From Eledone cirrhosa (taxonomy: Eukaryota), in NCBI GenBank assembly GCA_964016885.1, contig OZ024743.1:256494001-256558000 (forward strand): a DNA stretch of 64,000 nucleotides. The letters run 5' to 3'. Positions within the stretch are counted from its first letter, which is position 1; the number at the start of each line of letters is the position of its first letter. Shown one piece after another: positions 14,196 to 28,385 of the stretch. Position numbers and translations under genes: made by a program. Below the pieces are notes generated by a model. It was not told where the DNA came from. It made no database searches and worked only from the letters and a program-made list of their open reading frames with translations.

Positions 14196-15683
14196 AAGAT
14201 GGTGTTTGGAACATAAAAATCTCACATAAAATTAAGATAGGTTTTATTCATAATTATAGATACATTAAAACAGTTCTGTATCATAGACACATACATTGTT
14301 ACAGATGTTTTTTTAACAAAAGGGTTAACCCTTTCATTATAATTTTCAAAGAACTGCTGTATGCTTCCTCTTAGATTTGTTCAATTACAATTAATAAATT
14401 GATTCATTTGATTAATTAAAGCAGACATACATTGTTGTGCTTTATTAGAAGTAGAGAGATGTGAAGTTTTGTGACAAGTTTTGAGAAGTTTTGGACAAGA
14501 AATGTAATTAGTGTGAGAAAGTTTGTGGTATAGTTACTCTTTCAGTGACTTATAACTTGATAGTCTCTGACCCACTTCTGCCTGTTCATTAATAAAGCAT
14601 AAGTTGAAACATATCCTAAGATAGCAATTTACATTGTTTTGTCAAAAATAGGTATATTTTAAATTCTTTAGGGCTAGGAAATTAACTGATGTTTTTGTTA
14701 GGGTGGTTAATAAAGAAAAGGTAGAGAAACAGGAATTATTAAATTAATTGTATCAATTATGATAGCGATAAGGTTTTTGATATTGTTGATTCTACTCTAT
14801 TGAGAGTATTCCTTGTAATATTGTGTAGGACTTTGTAATATTATTTTCTGTATGTTGTATATATTTGTCAGACTTGGGGTTTTGGTTATGTATCTGTCTG
14901 CAGATAATAATAATAGTACTGATGGTAAGAAAATCTCATATTTTGAATAAATATGTGAGGACTTTGAAAATAAGAACATTTATAGGGAAAAGGTTGAAAA
15001 TTCAAACGTGAGGAACCACTGTTAAAACAGCAGTAAAACATCAATGACAACAGCATGGACATTGGGCAAAAATAGCATTAAGGACAAAAGACAGTGGCCA
15101 GTAATCACTATGGAGGGACAGAATCGTGTGAGGTTGGTAAAAGGTAGAGGAAATGTATAGATGATTGAGGGAGATGTTAAGTAAAGAAGAAAGGAAAACA
15201 AGTGGAGACTAAGGTTACAAAAAAGGTCAAGATTAAGGTTTCCAACTTTACAAGATGATACACAATGTCAGGCGTATCTAAAACCTCATCAAATCTCGTC
15301 TGACTTGTAGTTTCACACAAGTATGAGAAAACTACAATGTTTATGCTAGCTCATGGAGTAGAAAATGAATAAACATTTCTGAGATAAGTTTTGATACAGT
15401 TTTAATAAGAAAATTTACTTTCCAGTTTATTTCCAGTCGGATATTCTAATCCATTCAACAAAATGACATTACTAAATATAGAAAAACTGCAAAGAACTCA
15501 TTTTTCCAGATTTTTGATGCAGACAATTTATGCTGAAATCTAGTTTAATTTTCCAGAGAATATTTCTCACAGCTAAAATATCCCTCAAGTTATTTTTATT
15601 TCTTATTCTTAATTGAATAAAAAAATATGTTGTCAAACAAAAGCATATTCTTATTTTGCCTTTGGCCAAAATATTCTGTTAAC

Positions 15684-16766
<1,083 letters not shown>

Positions 16767-16865
16767 ATATATAACGAAGGAATTGTGGTAAGGAACCAGA
16801 TGAACCGTAGCGCACCAGAGTACTCAATACTTATGGTAGTAGAGTGGGAAATAGGAAGAGGTATG

Positions 16866-16961
16866 ACCCCGACGGCAGAGATCAAGCCGTTTCGACGGCT
16901 ATTTCTAGACTAAATTAAAATGTTTAGCCTGGTAAATAAATAGCCGAACTTGTCAAGGGGT
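16866..16961 (-). ncRNA. Type I hammerhead, U3-A8 core (family C)
   Basis: Minus strand: ACCCC-TTGACAA-G..CGGCTATTT/AAATAGCCG..C-GAAA-CGGC/GCCG-TC-GGGGT. Confidence 0.75.
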
Positions 16962-18013
16962 ACTTCCTTATATGGGAAGATTCTAGTAGTCGAGAGGATT
17001 GGTCAAAGTTTGTTGTAAACACAAATAAATCTATCATGGCATTTGGTGGGAGGTAGGGGTGGCTGAAATTGCCTGTAGAACAATGAAGGAGTGAGTAAAG
17101 CCAGTCAGGGGTTGAAACTGAAATTTATACAGCAGATTCTAAGGATAGTGTATGAAAAGTCGAAAAATTATTCTGGAGAAAAAGGAGGAGGGGAGTTTAA
17201 AGAATACACTATGTCGGTGTTGGTAGAGCCGGGTCTTGAAGACATGTGACTTCAAGACTCGGCTCTACCAACACCGACATACTTTCCGAAACCCGGTCCG
17301 GCGACATGCCACTACACTTTCGGGTCACATCTGGGACCTCAAAGATAATAGTATAACCTACAATCCTCATTTGGAGCTTACTGTCCAGAGCTAACTCTTA
17401 CACGGGAGGACGCCGCCCGTGTAACTTATGCTCAGCGGAAACATTACAAATGCTGTTTTCGAAGGACCAACTCCTAAACAAGGAACGACGAACTGGTAAC
17501 CGCATGCAAACACAGATTGCGTAGGACTTACCTCGCCCTCAAACCCATAACGACCCGGGTGGGTAGACAAGGGCTGAATAAGTATAGGGAAACCCCAGCT
17601 TACATAGGTAGACGTGCCTCTTTTCTTTCCTCTGTTTCTTCTCCCCCCCCCCCCGTCTCATCCTATCACTTCCTTCCACCCCCGATCTTCTTCCTCGCCT
17701 GTTTTTTCCCCTTTCGCCTACTCCGATTAGCCCATCGGTCCTCTGTAGCCTCAGTACCCCCACCCCTGTAATTTCAAGATAGAATTGGCCGATTGCGCTT
17801 TACTAACTATTTATAGCAGATGTGTTAGACCCCTGTAATTTTGTATCTTTCTTTGTTACTACTCCGATTCTACAATTTCATAATTTCTTATTTAATATTT
17901 TCTATTCTCAACTTATTAACCTCTAATTGTAAGATAGCATTGGTGGATTACGTTTTACTAACTATTTTTAGCAGCTCTGTTAGACCCCCTGAAAAGTTTG
18001 CATTATATGTTTC

Positions 18014-18177
18014 TGGATTGGGTCGGACGCCATGCTTTGCAGCATAGTTACGTCCCTTTACGATCTGAGTTCAAATCCCGCCGAGGTTGACTTTGCCTTT
18101 CATCCTTACGGGGTCGATAAAATAAAGTACCAGTAATGCACTGGATAATTGCTGGCCTTGTGCCTAAAGTAGAAACA
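18014..18177 (+). mobile_element. SINE nested in the PLE 3' UTR
   Basis: SINE consensus flanked by the direct repeat ATTATATGTTTC. Confidence 0.9.
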
Positions 18178-18634
18178 ATTATATGTTTCACTACCCACTT
18201 CTACAATTTCTTATTTAGTATTTTTCATTCTCAACTTATTAAACTTTTCTATAGCTTTGCCGTACAAGCAGCACCTACTAATTATAGCAGCTGTTTCTAG
18301 ATTCTACTGTTTTTTTTAAATACATTTCTCACTATCTAATTTTTTATATATTTTTTTATTTTGATTGTCTCCAACTCTCATTTGACTTACCTATACTTTA
18401 AACTACCCTCCTCCTTTTTGTCCAGAACAATTTTTCGACTTTTCATACACATCCTTAGAATCTGCTGTATAGATTTAACTTTCAACGCCTGACTGGCTTT
18501 ACTCACTCCCTCATTGTTCTACAGGCAATTTCGGCCACCCCTACTCTCACCAAATGCCATGATAGATTTATTTGTGTTTACCACAAACTTTGACCAATCC
18601 TCTCGGCTACTAGAATCTTCCCATATAAGGAAGT

Positions 18635-18730
18635 ACACTTTGACAAGTTCGGCTATTTATTTACCAGGCTAAAAATTTTAATTTAGTCCACAAATAGCCG
18701 TCGAAACGGCTTGATCTCTGCCGTCGGGGT
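18635..18730 (+). ncRNA. Type I hammerhead, U3-A8 core (family C, sense copy)
   Basis: Same fold as 16866-16961, core TTGACAA, one stem I mismatch. Confidence 0.65.
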
Positions 18731-18767
18731 CATACCTTTTCCTATATATATATATATATATGTATGC

Positions 18768-18787
<20 letters not shown>

Positions 18788-18798
<11 letters not shown>

Positions 18799-19332
18799 TA
18801 TATATATAGGTAGATCTCGGGTTAAATTGGGGATAACTACAGTAAGTAAGGTACTCAATACATAGCAGAGTAAAAGTAATTTAATATAGAAATGGCTTCT
18901 ACAGGACTAGAAATGTTTCATTCGGAGGAAATCATCAGAAAAACGACTGTCAATGTACATTTCTGGTATTTATATCATTTTGTCATGGTAAGGGAAGGGT
19001 AGTGCTGTTGGTGGGTGGGGGCTTAGAGGTCATGGTGGGATTAAAGGATGCGGATTCTTAGAAAAAATAAAATTTATGTAGAAAAAGAAGTTTAGTGGCA
19101 AGTAGCAATTGAAATAAACACTTCCTTATTCTATAGTACAATATTGAACAAAAGGTATATCAAGTAGTAGATCGAACATCTGTGGAAATGGTAGGTGAGT
19201 ACAAGGTCACAAGCACACACGCCAACACACACGCGCCCACACACACACATAAATACATATACACATACATATACATATATACAGTCACACATACACACAT
19301 GTGTATATATACATGCACATATACATATATAT

Positions 19333-19377
<45 letters not shown>

Positions 19378-19470
19378 TATATATATATATATACACACAC
19401 TCTTACACAAATATATATATATATATATGTACAAATACACACAGACACACATATATATATATATATATAT

Positions 19471-19503
<33 letters not shown>

Positions 19504-19504
19504 T

Positions 19505-19535
<31 letters not shown>

Positions 19536-19550
19536 TATATATATATATAT
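18788..19550 (-). mobile_element. pLTR-like element family B (left arm plus tail); HHR at 18896-18942(-)
   Basis: Reverse complement of ~24300-24900 including the compound microsatellite; tail matches 3572-3658. Confidence 0.8.
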
Positions 19551-20399
19551 AAAAATTAGAATTGTTGCTCTGAAATAGCTATATATATATGAATGTATAT
19601 ATAGTGTATTTTGCAATACACTGTATGCTTAATAAAAAGCATTTTGAAGACCTTATGCTATTGTTTTAGAGTAGTGACAGACTCACCTACTTTAATTTCA
19701 GCAAACAGGGGGAGATAAAGCTGACAAGGCCTTGTTTCTGCATTTATTGACGCTTATCAAAGCCAACTACTCCTCCCGTTTGCTGAAATCCTGGATGTTT
19801 TGGTTCATATAGAATTCTAGTAAATAATCAGGAACTGATTATACAGAGCGGTTGCCGGTCAAGCAGAAATTAAAAATTAGAATTGTTGCTCTGAAATAGC
19901 TATATATATATATGAATGTATATATAGTGTATTTTGCAATACACTGTATGCTTAATAAAAAGCATTTTATCTCCCCCTGTTTGCTGAAATTAAAATAAGT
20001 GAGTCTGTCACTACTCAAAAACAATAGCATAAGGTCTTCAAAATGCTTTTTATTAAGCATACAGTGTATTGCAAAATACACTATATATACATTCATATAT
20101 ATATAGCTATTTCAGAGCAATAATTCTAATTTTTAATTTCTGCTTGACCGGCAACCGCTCTGTATAATCAGTTCATGATTATTTACTAGAATTCTATAAG
20201 AACCAAAACATCCAGGATTTCAGCAAACGGGAGGAGTAGTTGGCTTTGATAAGCATCAATAAATGCAGAAACAAGGCCTTGTCAGCTTTATCTCCCCCTG
20301 TTTGCTGAAATTAAAGTAAGTGAGTCTGTCACTACTCTAAAACAATAGCATAAGGTCTTCAAAATGCTTTTTATTAAGCATACAGTGTATTGCAAAATA

Positions 20400-20403
<4 letters not shown>
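19551..20403. mobile_element. Retrozyme-like element: 321-bp unit, ~1.3 copies on - then ~1.4 copies on +
   Basis: AAAAATTAGAATTG at 19551 and 19872; strand switch at ~19966; HHR at 19719-19764(-) and 20242-20287(+); (TA)n on both sides. Confidence 0.85.
20242..20287 (+). ncRNA. Type I hammerhead, U3-A8 core (family D)
   Basis: GGCT-TTGATAA-GCAT/ATGC-A-GAA-ACAAGGCCTTGT(palindrome)-C-AGCT. Stem I extended by TTTCAGCAAAC/GTTTGCTGAAA. Confidence 0.75.
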
Positions 20404-20438
<35 letters not shown>

Positions 20439-20478
20439 CACATATATATATATATACACACACATATATATATACATT

Positions 20479-20570
<92 letters not shown>

Positions 20571-21310
20571 CATATATATATACATACACATATACGCATA
20601 CACACACATACATATATATTTATATATATACACATATACATACATACATATATATATATATGGTGGCTGCCAACTCGTTTTCGAGTATGGCCACTACTTT
20701 ATATCCATGTAGGAGAACCCCTACCAATGCGCTGAACGAGTGTGACTTTTTAGTCCAGCCAGCGACTTGAAAACTCTAGTACAAACACTACACCTGTGAC
20801 AATTATTGACACATAGTGCTGGGCCCATGGTACCATGTGACGACAAGTGCAGAGAGATCTCCAGATATAAAGCAATGCATGTGCTGTGAAGCTTTTATAG
20901 TGAGCAAAGGCACTGCACAAAGCCAGTCCCACTCTCTTAACCAAGATGATATTTACCAAAAAGAAGAACAATTCAACATCATTGGATACCATCAGGGTTG
21001 CAGGTGTTATATCAGAGTTTTCCTTCTCCTAGAATTCTGCCTTGACTAAGGGGTCATCTCTCCCGGTGATTTTGGATGGCTATTGACTCTTAAGAGCCCC
21101 TTTGCCTTTTGACAGGTTTTGTTTTTAGTCCTGCAGGATGTCCAAAGCCACCCTATCACCAAGAAACCTTGGTGGGGTTGCCAGTTTAGTCGCCAACGAC
21201 CCGACCATGAGACCAGGTCACCAGTTGGTGCTACTGGTAACACATACATACATGGTGGCTGCCACATATATATATATATATATATGTGCGTGTGTGTGCG
21301 TGTGTGTATG

Positions 21311-21366
<56 letters not shown>

Positions 21367-21552
21367 GCGCACGAGATATCAACGGTAAGTTGTGGGGTCT
21401 AGTCTGCATGAAGAACTCAATGTAATCCATATGTTGAAAATGTTGTAGGTTAAAATAAATCCAGGAAAACAATAAAATATTAAAAGGAAAACAGAGTCAT
21501 GATATAAGTTAAAACAATGAAATAAAAATTCGAGTCATTAGAAATATACTTC

Positions 21553-21692
21553 ACTGCTTTATGATCGTTTCTAGGTGATGATAATACATCGTAACCATAT
21601 TTCGTTATCGATCTATGTAAGGTTAGTTACAAAATATCAGATAAGGAAAATATTTACTTACATGCATATCACCAGCTGTTATCAAAAGCAAT
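21553..21692 (-). ncRNA. Hammerhead-like motif, U3-A8 core, long stem II (family E)
   Basis: Minus strand: ATTGCTT-TTGATAA-~110 nt (GGTGAT/ATCACC near base)-GAAACGATCATA-AAGCAGT. Confidence 0.55.
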
Positions 21693-22094
21693 GAGAATTT
21701 AATTCAAAAATAGTAGTAAGTTGAGTTCTGTGACCTTATTTGGAAGTAGCTGAAGAACAAACCAATCAGATTGTTTTTTTTCCCTTATATGATGTTAAGA
21801 TGAAAAATAACTCACTTTAGTTGAGGTTATGACCCTTTGAAAGGAATGGTTGAATGGTGTTAACAATAGACTTGCTATAAAGAATCTATGAGGAAAAAGG
21901 GGTTTGTCATATTGATAATTGAATGTATATGGTATAGTGAAGTTTAAAAGGAATGTAAAAATTAAATGTTGAGTTGTGTTGTATGGAGTTTTTAGGTGAA
22001 TATAAATTATGGTCATGACCAGGAAAGATAGTATATTAAAAGATGAAGATTATAATAAGATAATGAAATATAGTAATACAATAATATAATATAA

Positions 22095-22275
22095 TTGTTT
22101 CAACTTTTGGCACAAGGCCAGCAATTATCCCAGTGCATTACTGGTACTTTATTTTATCGACCCCGTAAAGATGAAAGGTGAAGTTAACATCGGCGGGATT
22201 TAAACTCAGAATGGCAAGGGCCGTAACTCTATGCGTTAAAGCATGGCGTCCGACCCTCTACAGATACTGCCAAGT
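22095..22275 (-). mobile_element. SINE nested in the PLE 3' UTR
   Basis: Matches the major SINE consensus. Confidence 0.9.
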
Positions 22276-24213
22276 ACGGTGTGGTACATTGTACATAGTA
22301 TAATACAGCGTATGATACGTCTTAAAATACTTTCAAGTAAGTCCATGTATAAATAATCAAACTCAGATAAATGCTTGTTGACATATAGACAAAACGCATA
22401 AATTTCATAGATCACAAAGTGCATATACCCACATTATAGATAGAGGCATAGTTATATTGATACTCAATTAAAAACTTACATATGCATAAATAGTTGTAAA
22501 CATATACATACATCTAGACATGTGCACACAATCATATACATACATCTATACATACATATATATACACACCTATACACACATATATATATGTATACACACA
22601 TACATGTACACACACACACAAACACTCATACACATATACATATATACACACACATATATATATATATATTCTCATATCATACATATATAGATACATATTT
22701 ACTCATGTAATTACAGGTGGTTGTGTACCTTGTTGCCCTTAGTCATTAAAGCATAAATCTAAGGAAGCTAAAATATTAAAAGGTAAGAAATAAGCATGAA
22801 TGCGTATAATTAGAGTCAAGGGATACTAACAAACGTTACGCTACATAGAAATATAGTGAGTTGCTATTTAGAATATTTAATTAGGTTTATAGTATTTAAA
22901 TGTGTTTCCTATACGGTGATTACAAACTATAATCAGTTCCTGTCTTTTATTCAATAAATCGACCTTAGATTTAGTAATTTCCAAGATCTCCCCTGAATAT
23001 AACCTGCATTCTCTTCTGTTCCAAAGATATGGAGTTCTTTGTAGAATGGTGTTCCACGATAGCTTGAATTCTATTTTTTTCTTTTTATAGTTATTTACTG
23101 CTTCAGCTAAAGATGTGGTTTTAGCTTGTTTAGTATTGTTAAAACTACTAGAGTGTGCGTAATATCTTTTCTTAAATGTGTTCGATGTAGATCCTATATA
23201 TGTTTTGTTGGAGTCAGTAGTAGACACAGTGCATTTTTATATTACATTATTTATCAAACAGTTGCCATTTAAGGGGCAAATGATTCTATTTCTGCAATTA
23301 CAATCATACGTAAGATGGTTGTTGGGGGTACTTATACAGTTCTCATTAATCAATGAGCTATTCTTATTGTAATTAATGTTAGTGGGAGGATGAAGGTTGC
23401 TTTGTGGGTGGTTTAGTGCTAGGGTTGTATTGTGATTTTGTGTTATGTTGTTTTTTTGTTGGTGATATGTGTGGTTGTGTTTTCCAGGTTGAAGGATTGT
23501 ATTATTTGTCCCTTTAAAAGGTGCAGTCCTATTTAAATTATGTTGTGGTGGTGTGGTCATATTATTTTTAAATTTATAAATGTTGTAGTTGCTTATTTTT
23601 TGCTGGAGATTGTTTGATGTAGAGTATGAGAATTTAACAGTATATCTGTTAAATATTTGGTGGTATCTGTGGTTTGGTGGAAAATGTTTGTGTAGAATTT
23701 CGAAGAATTTTGGGGGGATTTGTCCAATAGTTTGTAGGTTGAAGGGTGCTTTGTACAATGTTATGTTTCTTTTGCGGTTTTTAGTTAAGTTCTTATTACC
23801 ACTTATATTAATGTGCTGTGTTCTAGAAGAATTCCTATGGTTAGTATCTGTATTTGTGGATTTTGGTAAACTACCGTGGTTGTATTTGGTGTTATTATTG
23901 GGTAGATTATGAGAGGTTGAATGTTTGGTATTCATATGTGAGTTGATAACATTGGTCATACATCGTGTAGTAATAGTTGTGGTTTTTCGGTTGTTTGGTG
24001 TAATAGGAATAACCGCATTAGGTATTTGTAGTTTTTGCTAGGTTTTATATTTTGGTCCACAGTAGTGTTGGGGATATATGAAATGTTTTCTTTATATCCA
24101 CTTCTAATTAAGGCCTCGTTGTGGAAGGGTGCATTATTATAAAATATATCTCCATTGGAAAATAATTTAGAAAGTCTAAGTGATATATTATATACTATAT
24201 ATGTGTATATATA

Positions 24214-24294
<81 letters not shown>

Positions 24295-24396
24295 ATATAT
24301 ATATGTGGGTGTGTGTGTATACATATGTGTGTATATGTGTGTATATATATATATGTGTGTGTGTTTATATGTATATATATATATATATTTGTGTAA

Positions 24397-24465
<69 letters not shown>

Positions 24466-24837
24466 TGTATATATACACATGTGTGTATGTGTGTCTGTAT
24501 ATATGTATATGTATGTGTATATATGTATTTATGTGCGTGTGTGCGCTCGCGCGCGAGGGCGCGTGTGTGCTTGTGACCTTGTACTCACCTACCATTTCCA
24601 CAGATGTTCGATCTACTACTTGATATACCTTTTGTTCAAAATTGTACTATAGAATAAGGAAGTATTTATTTCAATTGCAACTTGCCACTAAACTTCTTTC
24701 TCTAAATAAATTTTGTTTTTTCTAAGAATCCCCATCCTTTAATCCCCCATGACCTGTACCCCCCCCCCCCCCCAACCACTACCCTTCCCTTACCATGACA
24801 AAATGTATAAATACCAGAAGTTTACATTGACAGTCGT

Positions 24838-24884
24838 TTTTCTGATGATTTCCTCCGAATGAAACAGTTCTAGTCCTGTAGAAG
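24838..24884 (+). ncRNA. Type I hammerhead (family B)
   Basis: TTTT-CTGATGA-T-TTC/GAA-T-GAA-ACAG/CTGT-A-GAAG; stem I weak (G-U pairs). Confidence 0.65.
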
Positions 24885-24896
24885 CCATTTCTATAT

Positions 24897-25423
<527 letters not shown>

Positions 25424-25641
25424 GTTTATATATACATAGATGTGTGTAAATATATATATTTATATAGATGTATGTAGATATATATTTATATATAGTAATA
25501 ATAATAAATTTGAAGACTAAAATCAAAAGGAGCGATTCTTTGCTTAAACTTTAATCTGCTATTTTAATAAATATATTTATATATATATAGATGTATGTAC
25601 ATATATATATATATATTTATTTATTTATATAGATGTATGTA

Positions 25642-25743
<102 letters not shown>

Positions 25744-25950
25744 TATATATATATATATATATATATATAGATATATATATATATATGTATATATAGTCGT
25801 TTAAATATAGTCGCTTTGGAAGCCATAACAATGGACATGGGTAAATCTCTGGTTAACAAAATCAGGTGGTATTCAGCGAGAGGTATAAGAAGAAGCGTAG
25901 AAAGAGACGTAGAGAGCGTAAAAGAACGTAGGAATAGTGTAAAAGATAAT

Positions 25951-26130
25951 TGTTTCTACTTTTGGCACAAGGCCAGCAATAACCCAGTACATTACTGGTA
26001 CTTTATTTTATCGATACCGTAAGGATGAAAGGCAAAGTTAACCTCGGCGGGATTTGAACTCAGACCGTAAAGTGACGAAACTATGCTGGAAAGCATGGCG
26101 TCCGACCCTCTACCAATACTGCCAATCCAC
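25951..26130 (-). mobile_element. Full-length SINE with 10-bp TSD
   Basis: AAAAGATAAT at 25941-25950 and 26131-26140. The homologous flank at 43520-43670 lacks the insert. Confidence 0.95.
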
Positions 26131-26586
26131 AAAAGATAATAACACGAGATAGAGCTACCTTGGCGATTTAATAGACCTTATATTTCGGATTTCACATCCA
26201 TAGTTGTTTACGGTGTACATACAATCAAACTTCAACACTCCTATATATATATAACCTGTAGTATATTATACCTGTTATATATATATGACTTGTAGTATCT
26301 ATTTCATACTATTAACCATAATTGAATATGTATCTGACCAGGAATGCTTTTTGTGAAAATCAGTCATATGGAACTATTGTCATCTTGCCTGACGGTTTGA
26401 ACTTTACAACACAACCTGCCTCTTTGAGGTCAAATACCAACCCTACTAGCATCTACAAACTGACCAATGAGAATTAAGACTATTCCTGCTGACAACATTA
26501 AATTATTCCTAACAAGTTCATATGTCCCAAGGCTCTCACACTATCAACACTATAAACACAGAGCTGGCATATCTAAGAACTGCCTA

Positions 26587-26642
26587 ACTGCCTGATGAGG
26601 TCATAGCCATTCAATGGCTATCATCGAAATATATATAGCAGT
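26587..26642 (+). ncRNA. Canonical type I hammerhead (family G)
   Basis: ACTGC-CTGATGA-G..ATAGCCAT/ATGGCTAT..C-GAAA-TATATATA-GCAGT, followed by AATAAA and then (TA)n ~45 nt later. Confidence 0.85.
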
Positions 26643-26688
26643 AAATAAAGGATTATGAGTTCATGCAATTGACTTATGTTTCATCACT

Positions 26689-26719
<31 letters not shown>

Positions 26720-26754
26720 GCATGTATATGGATACGTATATATATATATATATA

Positions 26755-26786
<32 letters not shown>

Positions 26787-26787
26787 C

Positions 26788-26866
<79 letters not shown>

Positions 26867-26868
26867 TA

Positions 26869-26941
<73 letters not shown>

Positions 26942-27071
26942 ATATCTATATGTATCTTCACATAGTAATAATAGTAAAGGCGAAGACTAACATCCAAAGA
27001 AGATCCCGTTAAGGGTGAAAGAACTGATTCTTTGCTTAAACGTTAATCTGTCATTTTAATAAATATCTATC

Positions 27072-27108
<37 letters not shown>

Positions 27109-27170
27109 CTATATATATATATCTGTATCTCTCTCTATATATATTTATATATGCATCTATATATATATAT

Positions 27171-27532
27171 ACTACCTGACTTACCCAGATTCGCCCGGGT
27201 AAACACATGATAAGAGAAGACAGGTAAAAGAGAAAATGACTGTATTGGGTGTTTGTCTGGTTACAGTATGAGGCGAGTCCGTGATGTCTGTGTGATACAA
27301 AAAACAGTAAAAATAATCTTCCAGATATACCAGATTCTTCGTTGTACCGTTTGTGCATAGTATATGAACAATTCTAGGTGCTCCCACCTAGAATAGTGAC
27401 CTCTAGAATATGGTTCATCTTCTGTCTGACTGTAAAACGTGTATCATTGCATAGACGTGGTTGTTCCACGTTTCTCAAAAGGATGATGGAAGTTTCAATC
27501 TTTTATATTATATGAAGATATAGATATAGATA
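27171..27532 (-). mobile_element. Non-autonomous Helitron-like element (mirror of 34796-35145)
   Basis: Reverse complement of 34796-35145. Confidence 0.55.
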
Positions 27533-28035
27533 ATTAATATAATAGATGTCTGTCAATCTAAAAACAGGTCCCTAATTACTCCCTTCACAACTCTGTGTAT
27601 GTTAGACTGACAGACAGATAAACTGTGTGGCGATTGTGGGATGCCGCACGTACACACACATACACGCATAGAAACGCGCACACGCACGCAAACTCACACA
27701 CACGCACACACTCACACATGTTGATAGCTTTTACTTTCTGTGGAACGCTGCACGCACGCACACACACATAAACATACGCGCACGTACATACACACGCACA
27801 CATGTTAATAGTTATTGCTTTCCTTCTCCTCTTATATCCACACACATCACACACACACACATGTCTCTACACTGACACATAGTGTTCACTTTGCCTCTTC
27901 TCCTCTCTCACTCCCTCATTGGCATTATGCATAATAATTTAAGTTTGGTGTCGTTGAGGTGGACGGAGTCGTTTGAAACCTATGAACCAATAATAATCGA
28001 GAATTATGACACACGGAATAATGACATTGTTGAAA

Positions 28036-28104
<69 letters not shown>

Positions 28105-28385
28105 ATGTGTGTGTGTGCGAGTGTGTATCGCGTTCCTTCATGTCTTAGGATAATTTGTAAACAAGCTACTTTATTTAAAAAGTATGTAGAGAAAATAACT
28201 TCCCCTTTCTAGACATGCAATATTTTCTTTGGCGGCTAAAACACACACACACTCAAAACCAATGTATTTCCTATATATTTCACTCTTTCTTTTTTTTTTC
28301 TCTCTTTCTGTCTTTCACTTCGCCCAACAGTTACTAATGAAACTTCAATTACCCTTCACTATCATTGGGCGATGGAACTTGTGTC

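Larger units (their letters stand above)
16772..18745 (+). mobile_element. 5'-truncated Penelope-like element with inverted pLTR
   Basis: 16850-17206 is the reverse complement of ~18393-18745. 17251-17525 translates across frameshifts to FKTRLYQHRHTF..ATTLSGHIWDLK..CNLC..LLNK..ELVTACKHR, aligning with the GIY-YIG C-terminus of ORF 46491-48002. (TA)n on both sides. Confidence 0.85.
21372..24180 (-). mobile_element. 5'-truncated Penelope-like element (RT thumb, Cys linker, GIY-YIG, 3' UTR/pLTR)
   Basis: ORFs 23237-23959 and 22877-23227: HFPPNHRYHQIFNRYTVKFSYS, CNCRNRIICPLNGNC, YIGSTSNTFKKRYYAH, LLNKRQELIIVCNHR. Homologous to 46491-48002. Confidence 0.9.

Noticed and set aside
14500-14980. Possible very old PLE endonuclease remnant on the minus strand
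   Set aside because: Only compositional resemblance; no contiguous motif recovered.
20661-21265. GC-richer segment resembling a LINE 5' UTR
   Set aside because: No diagnostic motif or second copy in the window.
25951-26130. tRNA genes
   Set aside because: A/B-box motifs belong to SINE heads; no complete cloverleaf.
26994-27035. HHR-like string AAGAAGA-T-CCC/GGG-T-GAAAGAA..TTCTT
   Set aside because: Core positions 3-4 are wrong and stem I is only 2 bp; at best a dead relic.
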